DNA from: an uncultured Methanosarcinales archaeon
GTDB taxonomy: Archaea > Nanobdellota > Nanobdellia > Woesearchaeales > DSVV01
Length of the DNA: 64,000 nt
Direction of reading: 5' to 3'
Assembly (NCBI GenBank): GCA_964593285.1
Contig: CAZQHZ010000004.1
Span: 1 to 64,000 of the forward strand
The position numbers and the translations under genes were made by a program. Under the pieces are notes generated by a model. It did not search any database. It had not been told where the DNA came from and saw nothing but the letters and a program-made list of their open reading frames with translations. This document shows, in pieces, positions 54,389 through 64,000 of this stretch. Every line of letters begins with the position of its first letter. Positions within the stretch are counted from its first letter, which is position 1.

Positions 54389-55051
54389 ATGACGATTAAA
54401 GAAAATTTGGATTTTATTAATAAACAAATTAGAGAAACTTGCGTTATTTCTGATAGAAATTATGATGATGTTAAATTAATAGCAGTTACAAAATCTGCAT
54501 CAATTGATAAAATAAATGAATTAATTAAATGTGGTGTTAAAAGAATTGCCGAATCAAGAGTTAAACGAGCAAAAGAAATTTTTGAAAATTTATCGTCTAA
54601 TTTTGGATATGATATTGAAAAGCATATGATTGGGCATTTACAATCAAATAAAGTTAAAACTGCTGTTGAAATTTTTGATGTAATACAAAGTGTTGATTCA
54701 TTAAAATTAGCAAATAAAATTAACAAAACCGCATTTGAAATGCAAAAAGTGATTAAAATTATGCTACAAGTAAATATTTCAAATGAGAAGCAAAAGTTTG
54801 GTTTTAATAGTGAAGAAATATTTGAAATTTATAAAAAAATGCTTAAATTTACTAATTTAAAGATAATTGGAATAATGGCTATGGCACCTTTTACTAAAAA
54901 AGAAAATACTAGAAAATATTTTAGTGAAGCAAAAAAAATATTTGATGAATTAAAATTAAAGGAATTATCCATTGGTATGAGTAATGATTTTGATATTGCA
55001 ATAGAGGAAGGTGCAACTATGATTCGAGTTGGACGAATGATATTTAATTAA
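54389..55051 (+). CDS. yggS: PLP homeostasis protein YggS/PLPBP
   Basis: LIAVTK, HMIGHLQSNKVK, IQSVDS, LSIGMSNDF, ATMIRVG. Confidence 0.95.
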   Translation: MTIKENLDFINKQIRETCVISDRNYDDVKLIAVTKSASIDKINELIKCGVKRIAESRVKRAKEIFENLSSNFGYDIEKHMIGHLQSNKVKTAVEIFDVIQSVDSLKLANKINKTAFEMQKVIKIMLQVNISNEKQKFGFNSEEIFEIYKKMLKFTNLKIIGIMAMAPFTKKENTRKYFSEAKKIFDELKLKELSIGMSNDFDIAIEEGATMIRVGRMIFN

Positions 55052-55054
55052 TTT

Positions 55055-55900
55055 TTATTTTAGATTTATTCTATTTATACTACGTGAAATAATATTTATA
55101 TCTAAAACATGAGGATTTAATGAATTATTGTGATTTCCTGGGGCTGTAGAAATAGTGTCTTTAATTCTGTCAATAAAATTACCACTTTTTTCAACTGTTT
55201 CATGAATGTGACCATGTAGCGTTAAATAAGGTTGATAATTTTCAATAGCCATTCTAATTGCAAGACTTCCAATATGTTCATTTGAGTATGCTAAATCTAA
55301 GTTAGTATTATAAGGAGGAGAGTGAAAAACATAAATTGTTTTTTGTGGTTTTGATAAATTAAATAATTCTTTCATGTCATTTTCTATTGAATCTTCATCA
55401 GTGTAATTAAAAATTTTAGATTCATACCTCATATTTACTGTAGTAACACCAGTTAATAAAATTTCTTTTTTTGTATCAAAAATATTTCTTAATTTTATGT
55501 TTTCTAAATCCCATTTTTCAAAATCTTTTAATTTAAATGGGCTAATAGGCACATAAGGGTAGCCTGCAATAGAGAAGTTATTATCTAATTTTATAACTTT
55601 ATTTATAATAATATTAAATAAATCATCATCATATTTATTAAAAATATCCATAATTCCAGCATAATCTTCATTACCTGGGATTAAAAAAATTTTAATTTTT
55701 CTATTAATTTTTTTTAATTCTTTAAGATTTGGAATAAAAAAGGTTTCAAGAAAATCACGTTGTTCATTCATACTTTTAGTTAAGCCTTTTTGGCAAATAT
55801 CACCGCCAAATACTAAATAATCAAAATTTTTAGCATAATTAAAAATTTTATTATATTGAAAAGTATTTCCATGAATATCTGCACAAAATAGTAATCTCAT
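55055..55900 (-). CDS. Calcineurin-like metallophosphoesterase
   Basis: ADIHGN, GGD, PGNED, HSPP, HGHIHE; start moved to ATG 55900 after a GAGGTG SD. Confidence 0.88.
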   Translation of the reverse strand: MRLLFCADIHGNTFQYNKIFNYAKNFDYLVFGGDICQKGLTKSMNEQRDFLETFFIPNLKELKKINRKIKIFLIPGNEDYAGIMDIFNKYDDDLFNIIINKVIKLDNNFSIAGYPYVPISPFKLKDFEKWDLENIKLRNIFDTKKEILLTGVTTVNMRYESKIFNYTDEDSIENDMKELFNLSKPQKTIYVFHSPPYNTNLDLAYSNEHIGSLAIRMAIENYQPYLTLHGHIHETVEKSGNFIDRIKDTISTAPGNHNNSLNPHVLDINIISRSINRINLK

Positions 55901-55987
55901 AAAAAATACACCTCTTTTTATATATATTTTATTTATTTTTATTTTAAATAAATAAATATTTATATAAATGTTGTTTTTTAACAAAAT

Positions 55988-56143
55988 ATGAAATGTGATA
56001 TTTGTGGTAAAAAAATAGAACAAAATTTCCTTGATAAATTTTTTGGAACTTATGTTAAAAATTCAAAAAATAAAAAAAAAATAATTTGCAATCAATGTCA
56101 AAAAAATTTATCAAAAGAAGAAATTTTAGAAAAAATAAATTAA
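55988..56143 (+). CDS. Small CxxC..CxxC zinc-finger protein, 51 aa (not in ORF track)
   Basis: MKCDICGKKIEQNFLDKFFGTYVKNSKNKKKIICNQCQKNLSKEEILEKIN; its stop abuts the tRNA. Confidence 0.75.
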   Translation: MKCDICGKKIEQNFLDKFFGTYVKNSKNKKKIICNQCQKNLSKEEILEKIN

Positions 56144-56247
56144 GCCCTTGTAGCATAGAAGCCATTGCGGCAGATTAAGTATAATTTGTTTAACTTAAGT
56201 CGAATTTCGTAAACTGCAGGTCGTGAGTGCAATTCTCACCAAGGGCT
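56144..56247 (+). tRNA. tRNA-Thr(CGT) with 31-nt intron (56174-56204) at position 30/31
   Basis: Acceptor GCCCTTG/CAAGGGC, T-stem GTGAG/CTCAC, spliced anticodon stem GCAGT/ACTGC with loop TTCGTAA, U73, no encoded CCA. Confidence 0.88.
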
Positions 56248-56279
56248 TTTCTAATAATTAATAAAAAATAAATTTTCAA

Positions 56280-57113
56280 ATGCAATCTGAAAACATAAAG
56301 GAAAAAATTGTGAATTCAAAAAAAATAATTTCAAGTTTTATTAATCATAAACATATTTTTTTAAAATCAAGAGGAAATTGTGCAATTTTAGATTCATTAA
56401 ATTATGTTACGAAAATTAGTAAAAAAAAGAATATTTTAATACAAGATCAAGGTGGGTGGCTTACTTATAAAAAATATCCAAAAAAATGTGATTTAAAAGT
56501 TTTAGAGTTAAAAACAGATTATGGGATTATTAATTTAAATGAATTAGAAAAAAAAGCAAAAATTGCGGCTGCAATACTTTATCAAAATCCTGCTGGGTAT
56601 ATTGCAAATCAGCCTATTAAAGAGATTTATGAAATTTGTAAAAAAAATAATTGTAAAGTTATATTAGATGTTACAGGCTGCATTGGTGATAAAAATTTAT
56701 GTAATGGGTTATATGCTGATGTTATTGTTTCAAGTTTTGGTACTGGAAAAATTGTTAATTTAGGTTATGGAGGATTTATTTCGTTTTTAACAGAAAATAA
56801 ATTTGATATTTTAGAAGATTTTGACAGTAAATATTTCGAAGAATTAGTTGATAAATTAAATAATGCAAAAAATCGGCTTGATAAATTGTATAAATTGTCT
56901 ATAAATGTAAAAAAAGATTTAAAAAAATTAAATTTAAATATAGTTCATCATGAAAAAATTGGAATAAATGTTGTTGTATTGTTTAATAATATATTTGAAA
57001 AAGAAAAAATATTAAATTATTGTAAAAATAAAAATTTTGAATATACAATTTGCCCAAGATATATAAGAATTTTAGATGATGCAATTTCTATTGAATTAAA
57101 ACGTATTTTGTAA
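56280..57113 (+). CDS. PLP-dependent aminotransferase-fold protein (DegT/class V-like)
   Basis: QDQGGW, NPAGY, VILDVTG, SFGTGKIVNLGYGG. Confidence 0.75.
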   Translation: MQSENIKEKIVNSKKIISSFINHKHIFLKSRGNCAILDSLNYVTKISKKKNILIQDQGGWLTYKKYPKKCDLKVLELKTDYGIINLNELEKKAKIAAAILYQNPAGYIANQPIKEIYEICKKNNCKVILDVTGCIGDKNLCNGLYADVIVSSFGTGKIVNLGYGGFISFLTENKFDILEDFDSKYFEELVDKLNNAKNRLDKLYKLSINVKKDLKKLNLNIVHHEKIGINVVVLFNNIFEKEKILNYCKNKNFEYTICPRYIRILDDAISIELKRIL

Positions 57114-57135
57114 ATTTTTTTGGCATATAAATTTT

Positions 57136-57327
57136 TTATTCTTTTGAATCAAGATTATGTCCAATTAAACTTAATAAAGAAGTGATACCTATTACAAACA
57201 ATCCTGTATTTTTATAAAAATAGCCCAAAGTAATTCCTGATGCTGCACCAATTATGCAAAAAGTAATTAAAAATTTATTTCGTTTTAATAAATTTAAAAA
57301 TTTATTTTCTTTTTTTTTATAGTACAT
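57136..57327 (-). CDS. Small two-TM membrane protein
   Basis: 63 aa, two hydrophobic helices. Confidence 0.55.
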   Translation of the reverse strand: MYYKKKENKFLNLLKRNKFLITFCIIGAASGITLGYFYKNTGLFVIGITSLLSLIGHNLDSKE

Positions 57328-57453
57328 ATAAAAATTAATATATTAATCATTTATAAGTTTTTTGAAAAATAAAATTACTATTTTTGAGTGTTTTTTAAAA
57401 ATAAAAACAAAAAACATTTAAATGGTTTGATTTTTCTGACAAATTGATTAAAT

Positions 57454-57834
57454 ATGGGAATTTCACAAGCAAAATCAAAAAGAAGTCCAACAGGAAAAAG
57501 ATTAAACGATTATCGGAAAAAAAAACAATTTGAAACCGGTAAGTTACCAGTTTTAACAAAAATTGGACAAACTAAAAAAAAAATAACCAGAACAATTGGT
57601 GGAAATAGCAAAGAAATGCTTTTAAATGCAGAATTTGTTAATGTTTTAGATCCAAAAAATAAAACATCTAGTAAAACTAAATTGTTAAATGTTTTAGAAA
57701 ATGAAGCTAATAGAAACTTTATTAGAAGAAATATTTTAACAAAAGGAACAATTGTTAAAACAGAAAAAGGAAAAGTTAAAATAACTAATAGACCAGGTCA
57801 AGAAGGAACAGTTAATGGTATTTTAGTTGAATAA
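57454..57834 (+). CDS. rps8e: 30S ribosomal protein S8e
   Basis: SKRSPTG..RRNILTKG..RPGQEGTVNG. Confidence 0.97.
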   Translation: MGISQAKSKRSPTGKRLNDYRKKKQFETGKLPVLTKIGQTKKKITRTIGGNSKEMLLNAEFVNVLDPKNKTSSKTKLLNVLENEANRNFIRRNILTKGTIVKTEKGKVKITNRPGQEGTVNGILVE

Positions 57835-57836
57835 AA

Positions 57837-58286
57837 TTAAATTATTTCTTTTTTTAAATCATTTAATATAATATTTCTTCCAATCAATTTAATATTTTTG
57901 TTATTTATTGTTATTTTTTTAAAAAATTTAGTTTTAACAATTAAATAATCTATTTCTTTATTTTCATCAATCATTGCTACATTGACTATTTTTCCAATAT
58001 AGTCTCCTTTTCTATCAAATACTAATAAACCTAAATATTTTGTTTTTGGAGTGTGAGAAATGAAAACCGTGTCAATTCCAAAATTTATTATTAGATTAAT
58101 ACCAACAAAAAGCGTTGCTTTTAAAAAACCAGTATCTATGCTCATTCCAATTATTTTTTTCTTTTTTTTGTCTATGTGAAGTTTAGTTATAATACCAATT
58201 AAATTTCCTTTTGAATCGATAACATCTTTACCTAATATATCATCTGAAGTTATTATAAATTTATCAAATAATTCTTTTTCTTCCAT
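57837..58286 (-). CDS. Tandem PRC-barrel domain protein
   Basis: ILGKDVIDSKGNLIG and LGLLVFDRKGDYIGKI repeats. Confidence 0.8.
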   Translation of the reverse strand: MEEKELFDKFIITSDDILGKDVIDSKGNLIGIITKLHIDKKKKKIIGMSIDTGFLKATLFVGINLIINFGIDTVFISHTPKTKYLGLLVFDRKGDYIGKIVNVAMIDENKEIDYLIVKTKFFKKITINNKNIKLIGRNIILNDLKKEII

Positions 58287-58414
58287 TATTTAATTAAATT
58301 TTATCTATAATATAAATTTTTTGATTGTTATTTTCTAAATAATTAAAAAAATTACTAATTTTAATTAGTTTTTACAAAAAATATTAAAATAAATTGTAAA
58401 ACCTCTTAGTTTGT

Positions 58415-60427
58415 ATGGATAATAAAACTAATACAAAGTTAAAAAAAAGGGAATTAAATAAAGATTTAAAAACAGTTAATTCGCAAAAAAAAGCTAATAA
58501 TACAAAAAAAGAATCTAAAAATACTACTATTACTAAAGATTCAGATTTTAATTTTACTACTACTAAAGATATAACAGTAGATAAAGAAATTGTTAATCAG
58601 GTTGTAGGGCAAGAAAATGCCTGTAAAGTTATCAAAAAAGCTGCTAAAAAAAGAAGACATGTTTTTTTGATTGGTGAGCCTGGAACTGGAAAATCTATGC
58701 TTGGTTTAGCATTAGCTGAATTAATGCCTAAAGAAAAATTAGTAGATATTGTTTCTTTTAATAATCCAAATGATGAGAATAATCCTTTAATTAGAACTTT
58801 AACTGCAGGAAAGGGTAGAGAATTTGTTGCAAGATCAAAATTTCAAACAGGAGGATTATTTAAAGGACAAACTCTATTGTTAATATTTATATTACTATTG
58901 GCTTTTATAGGGCCAATTTGGGCATTTAGATACTATACTGCAGAATATTCTGCTGTTGTTGGAGCAATTATTTTTGCTGCACTTTCTGTTGGAAGTATTT
59001 TTTTTATTGCTGCAATAATTTTTATTATGAATTTTGGTTCTAGATTAGCAAAAGTTGATAAATCTAATTCACCAAAATTAATAGTTGATAATTTTAGTAA
59101 AATACAAGCACCTTATTTAGATGCAACTGGTGCTCATGCCGGTGCATTACTTGGTGATGTATTACATGATCCCTTTCAATCAGGTGGTCTTGGAACACCA
59201 GCTCATGAGCGAGTGGTTGCTGGGATGATTCATAAAGCACATATGGGTGTTTTATTTATTGATGAAGTTTCAACATTAAAACCTCATACACAGCAAGAAT
59301 TATTAACTGCTCTGCAAGAAGGAAAATATTCAATCACTGGTCAAAGTGAGCGAAGTGCTGGTGCTATGGTTAGAACAGAACCTGTGCCTTGTAATTTTGT
59401 ATTGGTAATTGCAGGAAATTTAGAAACATTAAAACATATGCATCCTGCACTTAGATCCAGAATTAGAGGTTATGGTTATGAAGTTTATATGGATGAAACT
59501 ATGCTTGATAATAATGAGAATAGAATGAAAATTGCAAGATTTGTAGCTCAGGAAGTAAATAAAGATAAAACAATACCTCATTTTACAAAAAATGCAGTAC
59601 TTGAAATCATTGAAGAAGCAAAACGAATGGCTAATAGAAAAGGTCATTTAACTCTTCGATTGCGAGAACTTGGAGGGATTGTTCGTGCTGCTGGTGATAT
59701 TGCATCAGAAGAAGAAAGTGAATTTGTTAGAACACACCATATTCCTATTGCAAAAAAGATTGCAAAAACATTAGAAAAACAAATAGCTGATAAACATATT
59801 GAACGAAAAAAAGAATATGAAGTAATTAACATAAGTGGACAAAAAATTGGTAGAGTTAATGGACTTGCAGTACTTGGTGGTTCAAATTCATTTTCAGGAA
59901 TAATTTTACCAATTGAATCACAAATAACTCCTGGTGGAAAAGAACAACAAATTATTGCAACTGGTAAGCTTGGTGAAATTGCAAAAGAAGCAGTAACTAA
60001 TGTTAGTGCGATTATTAAAAAATATTTTGGGTTAGATATTAAAGAAAAACATGACATATATTTACAATTTTTACAAACATATGAAGGGGTTGAAGGAGAT
60101 TCTGCAAGTATTGCTATAGCTGTTGCTATTATTTCAGCGCTTAAAAAATTACCAATCAAGCAAGACTATGCAATGACTGGTAGTTTATCTGTTAGAGGTG
60201 AGGTATTACCTGTTGGTGGGGTTAGCTCAAAAGTTGAAGCTGCAATTAATACTGGTATAAAAAATGTAATTGTTCCGCATTCAAACCTAAAAGATATAAT
60301 AATTAAAAAAGAAAAATTAAAATTAATCAATATAATTCCAGTAAATAAAATAGCTGAAGTTTTAGAACATGCAATTGATTGGACAGGTAATGAAGATATT
60401 TTAAATTCTATTAAAAAAAATAAATAA
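58415..60427 (+). CDS. lonB: Membrane-anchored archaeal Lon protease
   Basis: GEPGTGKS, two TM helices, LFIDE, EGDSAS catalytic Ser, GGVSSK. Confidence 0.96.
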   Translation: MDNKTNTKLKKRELNKDLKTVNSQKKANNTKKESKNTTITKDSDFNFTTTKDITVDKEIVNQVVGQENACKVIKKAAKKRRHVFLIGEPGTGKSMLGLALAELMPKEKLVDIVSFNNPNDENNPLIRTLTAGKGREFVARSKFQTGGLFKGQTLLLIFILLLAFIGPIWAFRYYTAEYSAVVGAIIFAALSVGSIFFIAAIIFIMNFGSRLAKVDKSNSPKLIVDNFSKIQAPYLDATGAHAGALLGDVLHDPFQSGGLGTPAHERVVAGMIHKAHMGVLFIDEVSTLKPHTQQELLTALQEGKYSITGQSERSAGAMVRTEPVPCNFVLVIAGNLETLKHMHPALRSRIRGYGYEVYMDETMLDNNENRMKIARFVAQEVNKDKTIPHFTKNAVLEIIEEAKRMANRKGHLTLRLRELGGIVRAAGDIASEEESEFVRTHHIPIAKKIAKTLEKQIADKHIERKKEYEVINISGQKIGRVNGLAVLGGSNSFSGIILPIESQITPGGKEQQIIATGKLGEIAKEAVTNVSAIIKKYFGLDIKEKHDIYLQFLQTYEGVEGDSASIAIAVAIISALKKLPIKQDYAMTGSLSVRGEVLPVGGVSSKVEAAINTGIKNVIVPHSNLKDIIIKKEKLKLINIIPVNKIAEVLEHAIDWTGNEDILNSIKKNK

Positions 60428-60518
60428 TTTTTTCATTTTTTTAAAAATTTTTGATTTTTTTATTTTTTAAATAATTATAACAAATATTTATAAACATTAA
60501 ATGGGATTATTGTAAAAA

Positions 60519-61226
60519 ATGGCAAAAAAACGAAAAGAAAGCTGGAAAATAATGGATAACGTATTTGATGAATTTACTTTAAATACTGTTAAAAAGTTAA
60601 TTACTAAAGGAATTATTGAAGGGATAAAAAGCCCTATAATGATTGGAAAGGAAGCTAATGTTTTTACTGCTGTAACTAAAGATATGCAAGTTAGAATTAT
60701 TAAAATTTATCGACTTGAATCTTGTAATTTTAATAAAATGTATAGTTATATAATATCAGATCCAAGGTTTATGGATGTTAAAAACCAACGAAGACAAGTA
60801 ATATTTAATTGGACTAAACGCGAATTTAAAAATTTATCAATTGCAAGAAAATCACAAGTTAATTGTCCAATGCCAATAGCTTTTTTAAATCATGTTATTG
60901 TTATGGAACTTATTGGAAATTTAGAACCTGCAAAGCAATTAAAAAACAAATATCCTATAGATATTGATAAGTTTTTTAATGAATTAATTAAAAACTTGAA
61001 AAAATTATATAAAAATGGTGAAATTGTTCATGCAGATTTGTCTGAATTTAATATTTTAAATCATAATGACATACCATATTTGATTGATTTTTCCCAATCA
61101 ACTTCTATTAAGGATCATGAATCAATAAATTATCTTAAACGTGATATTGCAAATTTAAAAAGGTTTTTCTTGAAATTAAACTATGAAATAGATGTTGATG
61201 AAACAATTGAAAGAATTATACATTAA
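60519..61226 (+). CDS. rio1: RIO1-family Ser/Thr kinase
   Basis: GKEANVF, IKIY, VHADLSEFNIL, IDFSQ. Confidence 0.95.
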   Translation: MAKKRKESWKIMDNVFDEFTLNTVKKLITKGIIEGIKSPIMIGKEANVFTAVTKDMQVRIIKIYRLESCNFNKMYSYIISDPRFMDVKNQRRQVIFNWTKREFKNLSIARKSQVNCPMPIAFLNHVIVMELIGNLEPAKQLKNKYPIDIDKFFNELIKNLKKLYKNGEIVHADLSEFNILNHNDIPYLIDFSQSTSIKDHESINYLKRDIANLKRFFLKLNYEIDVDETIERIIH

Positions 61227-61298
61227 AATTATAAAATAATATGTTTTGTCACTATTTGATAAAAAAATTTATAAATAATTATTTTTTTTTATGAAAAA

Positions 61299-61712
61299 AT
61301 GAAAAAAGTAATAGGTATTTGTGCATTTTTATTAACTTTAACTGCTAATGACTGTAATGATTCTAAATATTATAAAAATATAAATCAAGTCGAAAATAAT
61401 ATTTATCAAACTACATTAAATGAATTAACTAATGAAACTGATATTACTGCTCGTTTAGATGAAAGAATAAATTTGAAATTACAATATATTGAGAATAAAA
61501 TTGTTGAACATTATAAAATAGTTCCCTCAATTGAAAAACGATGTGAGTTTGTTAAAAATTTATATGAAACTGTAAAATTAGAGAATTTAAAAGATTGGCA
61601 AAAAAATTCAGGATTAATTGCGATCGATGGATATAATAATTTTTGTAAAAATTTAGGGTTATATAAAAATTTTAATTCTAGTCATGTACCTAAAGCAGAA
61701 ACGCAAAAATAA
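61299..61712 (+). CDS. Hypothetical secreted or lipoprotein-like protein
   Basis: MKKVIGICAFLLTLTANDC signal-like N-terminus. Confidence 0.6.
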   Translation: MKKVIGICAFLLTLTANDCNDSKYYKNINQVENNIYQTTLNELTNETDITARLDERINLKLQYIENKIVEHYKIVPSIEKRCEFVKNLYETVKLENLKDWQKNSGLIAIDGYNNFCKNLGLYKNFNSSHVPKAETQK

Positions 61713-61789
61713 AATTTTTGTATGTTATTAATGAATTTCATTTTAAATATCAAAAGCTTTAAAAACAAATCAATTTTTTAAAAAAATAT

Positions 61790-62359
61790 ATGGAAGAATA
61801 TTCTTATGAATTAAAAATACCAAAAGAGAGAATTGCTGTTTTGATTGGAACTAAAGGAAAAGTAAAAAAAGAAATAGAAGATATTACAAACACTAAAATA
61901 GTTATTGATTCAAAAGATGGTGATGTAAACGTTATTGGTGAAGATTCTGTTGTTATTTTTAATGTAAAAGAAGTAATTAAGGCAATCGCTAGAGGTTTTA
62001 ATCCAAATACTGCACTACTTTTACTAAAGCAAGATTATTGTTTGGAATTAATTGAAATTAGTGATTATGTTAAAAGTAAAAATCAATTTTTACGACAAAA
62101 GGGTAGAATTATTGGGCGCGAAGGAAAAGCTAGAAAAAATATCGAACATTTAACTGATACAGATATTTGTGTTTATGGAAAAACCATTGGAATTATTGGT
62201 AGGTATGAAAATGCAAATATTTCAAGAAGAGCTCTTGATTCATTGCTTTCTGGAAGTCCACATGCTACTGTTTATAAATGGCTTGAGAAAAAAAGAAGAG
62301 AATTAACTAGTATGGATTTTGAGTTGAAAAAAGATGGAACAAAAGACTTTATCAAATGA
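61790..62359 (+). CDS. KH-domain pre-rRNA processing protein (Dim2/Pno1)
   Basis: VLIGTKG, AIARGF, GRIIGREGK, GSPHATVY. Confidence 0.93.
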   Translation: MEEYSYELKIPKERIAVLIGTKGKVKKEIEDITNTKIVIDSKDGDVNVIGEDSVVIFNVKEVIKAIARGFNPNTALLLLKQDYCLELIEISDYVKSKNQFLRQKGRIIGREGKARKNIEHLTDTDICVYGKTIGIIGRYENANISRRALDSLLSGSPHATVYKWLEKKRRELTSMDFELKKDGTKDFIK

Positions 62360-64000
62360 AAATATTAAACCAAAAGAAAAAATTATTGCAAATGAACTAG
62401 CAAAAGGACAACGTGATATTGGTATTGCAGAATTTTTTGCACGAAATAGACATTTATTAGGATTTGATAATAAAAAAAAAGCTTTAATGACCACAATTAA
62501 GGAAGCTGTGGATAATTCTCTTGATGCATGCGAAGAAGCAAGTATATTACCTGAAATTTCTGTTGAAATTGTTCAAATGGGTGATAGTAGATTTAGAGTT
62601 ATAATTGAAGATAATGGCCCTGGGATTGTTAAAAAACAAATACCTAATATTTTTGGAAAACTGCTTTATGGATCAAAGTTTCATAGATTAAAAATGTCTA
62701 GAGGACAGCAGGGTATAGGAATTTCTGCATCTGTTATGTATGGTCAATTAACTACTGGAAGAAATGCAAAAATTGTTTCTAAAATACATAAAGATAAATC
62801 AGCACAATATTATGAATTAAAAATTGATACTAAAAAAAATGTACCTGTAATTGTAAATGAAAAAGAAATTCATATAGATAAAGAAACAGGAACTAAAATT
62901 GAAATAGATTTGGAAGCTAGTTATTCTGGTGGTGTTCAATCTGTAGATCAATATTTAAAACAAACAGCAATTACAAATCCTCATGCAACTTTTATTTATA
63001 CAAATCCAAAAGCACAGCAGTATATTTTTCCAAGAGCAACAGAAAAGTTGCCAAAACAAACAAAAGAGATAAAACCACATCCTTATGGTGTTGAATTAGG
63101 TGTACTTTTAGATTTACTTGCAACTACAAAAGCAAAAACATTGCAGCAATTTTTAACAATGGATTTTTCAAGAATAAGTCAAAATGTTGCAAAACAAATT
63201 TGCGAAAAAGCATTGATTTCACCAAATACAAAACCAAAAGCAATTTCACAACAAGTAGTTGAAAAATTAATCAAAGCAATACATGATACAAAAATCATGG
63301 CACCATCAACTGATTGTATTGCACCTATAAAAAAAGAATTAATTGAAAAAGGATTAAAAAAAGAAATTAATGCAGAATTTTATTGTAGTGCAACAAGACC
63401 TCCAAATGTTTATAGGGGTAATCCTTTTATTATTGAAGCAGGGATTGCATATGGTGGGGATCAACAAAGTGAAGGACAGGTTAATATTATGAGATTTGCA
63501 AATCGTGTACCTCTATTATATCAACAAGGTGCATGTGCTGCTACAAAATCAATTATTGGAACAAACTGGAGACCGTATGGACTTAGTCAAAGCAGTAATG
63601 CAATACCCCAAGGCCCATGTTCAATAATGGTTCATATTGCATCGGTTTGGGTTCCATTTACATCTGAAAGTAAAGAAGCTATTGCTCATTATCCTGAAAT
63701 TATTAAAGAAATAAAGCTTGCACTCCAAGAATGTGGAAGACAGCTTGGAAGTTATATTAATAAAAAAAAACGAGTTAAAGATGAATTAAAAAAGCGAGGT
63801 TATATTGAAAAATATATCCCTCATGTTGCAGAAGCTTTAGTTAAGTTATTAACTTTAAATAAAGATAACAAAAATAGTATTGAAGATTCATTAAAAATTA
63901 TTCTTGAAAAAAAACGTGGTAAAATTGATGAAATTAAATTTGATCCAAATAACAATGAAGAATATGATGCAGAATTTGCAAAAATTGGAAAAGAAGTTTT
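62334..64000 (+). CDS. top6B: DNA topoisomerase VI subunit B, 3'-partial (not in ORF track)
   Basis: Manual translation from ATG 62334: AEFFARNRHLLGFD, KEAVDNSLDACEE, EDNGPG, SRGQQGIG, RFANRVPL; conserved rio1-KH-top6B order. Confidence 0.95.
   Translation, partial: MEQKTLSNENIKPKEKIIANELAKGQRDIGIAEFFARNRHLLGFDNKKKALMTTIKEAVDNSLDACEEASILPEISVEIVQMGDSRFRVIIEDNGPGIVKKQIPNIFGKLLYGSKFHRLKMSRGQQGIGISASVMYGQLTTGRNAKIVSKIHKDKSAQYYELKIDTKKNVPVIVNEKEIHIDKETGTKIEIDLEASYSGGVQSVDQYLKQTAITNPHATFIYTNPKAQQYIFPRATEKLPKQTKEIKPHPYGVELGVLLDLLATTKAKTLQQFLTMDFSRISQNVAKQICEKALISPNTKPKAISQQVVEKLIKAIHDTKIMAPSTDCIAPIKKELIEKGLKKEINAEFYCSATRPPNVYRGNPFIIEAGIAYGGDQQSEGQVNIMRFANRVPLLYQQGACAATKSIIGTNWRPYGLSQSSNAIPQGPCSIMVHIASVWVPFTSESKEAIAHYPEIIKEIKLALQECGRQLGSYINKKKRVKDELKKRGYIEKYIPHVAEALVKLLTLNKDNKNSIEDSLKIILEKKRGKIDEIKFDPNNNEEYDAEFAKIGKEV

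Noticed and set aside
55901..56023. N-terminal extension of the metallophosphoesterase in the ORF track
   Set aside because: Covers an AT-rich divergent promoter and overlaps the zinc-finger ORF; ATG 55900 has an SD
47777..56247. Integrated island at tRNA-Thr
   Set aside because: No integrase and no duplicated tRNA 3' end seen; composition matches the rest of the window

Overview
Very AT-rich archaeal chromosomal fragment. Its gene content and style (TFB, aEF-1A/aEF-2, aIF5B, L7Ae/S28e/L24e/L44e/S8e, Spt5, Nop5, LonB, RIO1, TopoVI-B, bacterial-type MetK, DUF5752-like and DUF2341 proteins) best fit a DPANN archaeon, probably Woesearchaeota; that assignment is inference. There are three 100-N scaffold gaps. 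The main accessory system is a ~14 kb co-oriented minus-strand type IV (Tad/Epd-like) pilus locus at 7874-22130. It is headed by a CheY-like receiver, a CheC-like phosphatase and a degenerate plus an intact KaiC-like ATPase. It carries six class III signal-peptide proteins, one of them a 1504-aa multidomain adhesin, and has no archaellin, CheA, CheW or MCP. Other highlights: a PAS-(GAF)-GGDEF diguanylate cyclase with intact motifs; a tRNA-Thr(CGT) with a BHB intron at non-canonical position 30/31; a metK with no in-frame ATG/GTG/TTG before its conserved N-terminus (likely ATA start), facing an HTH-CBS regulator across a perfect 16-bp palindrome; k-turn and L1-type RNA leaders; an amber-interrupted pspC; and a palindrome/repeat-rich strand-switch region (34.7-37.5 kb) that could be an origin or operator cluster. 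No CRISPR array, rRNA or intact mobile element was seen. All family calls come from motif recognition, not database searches.
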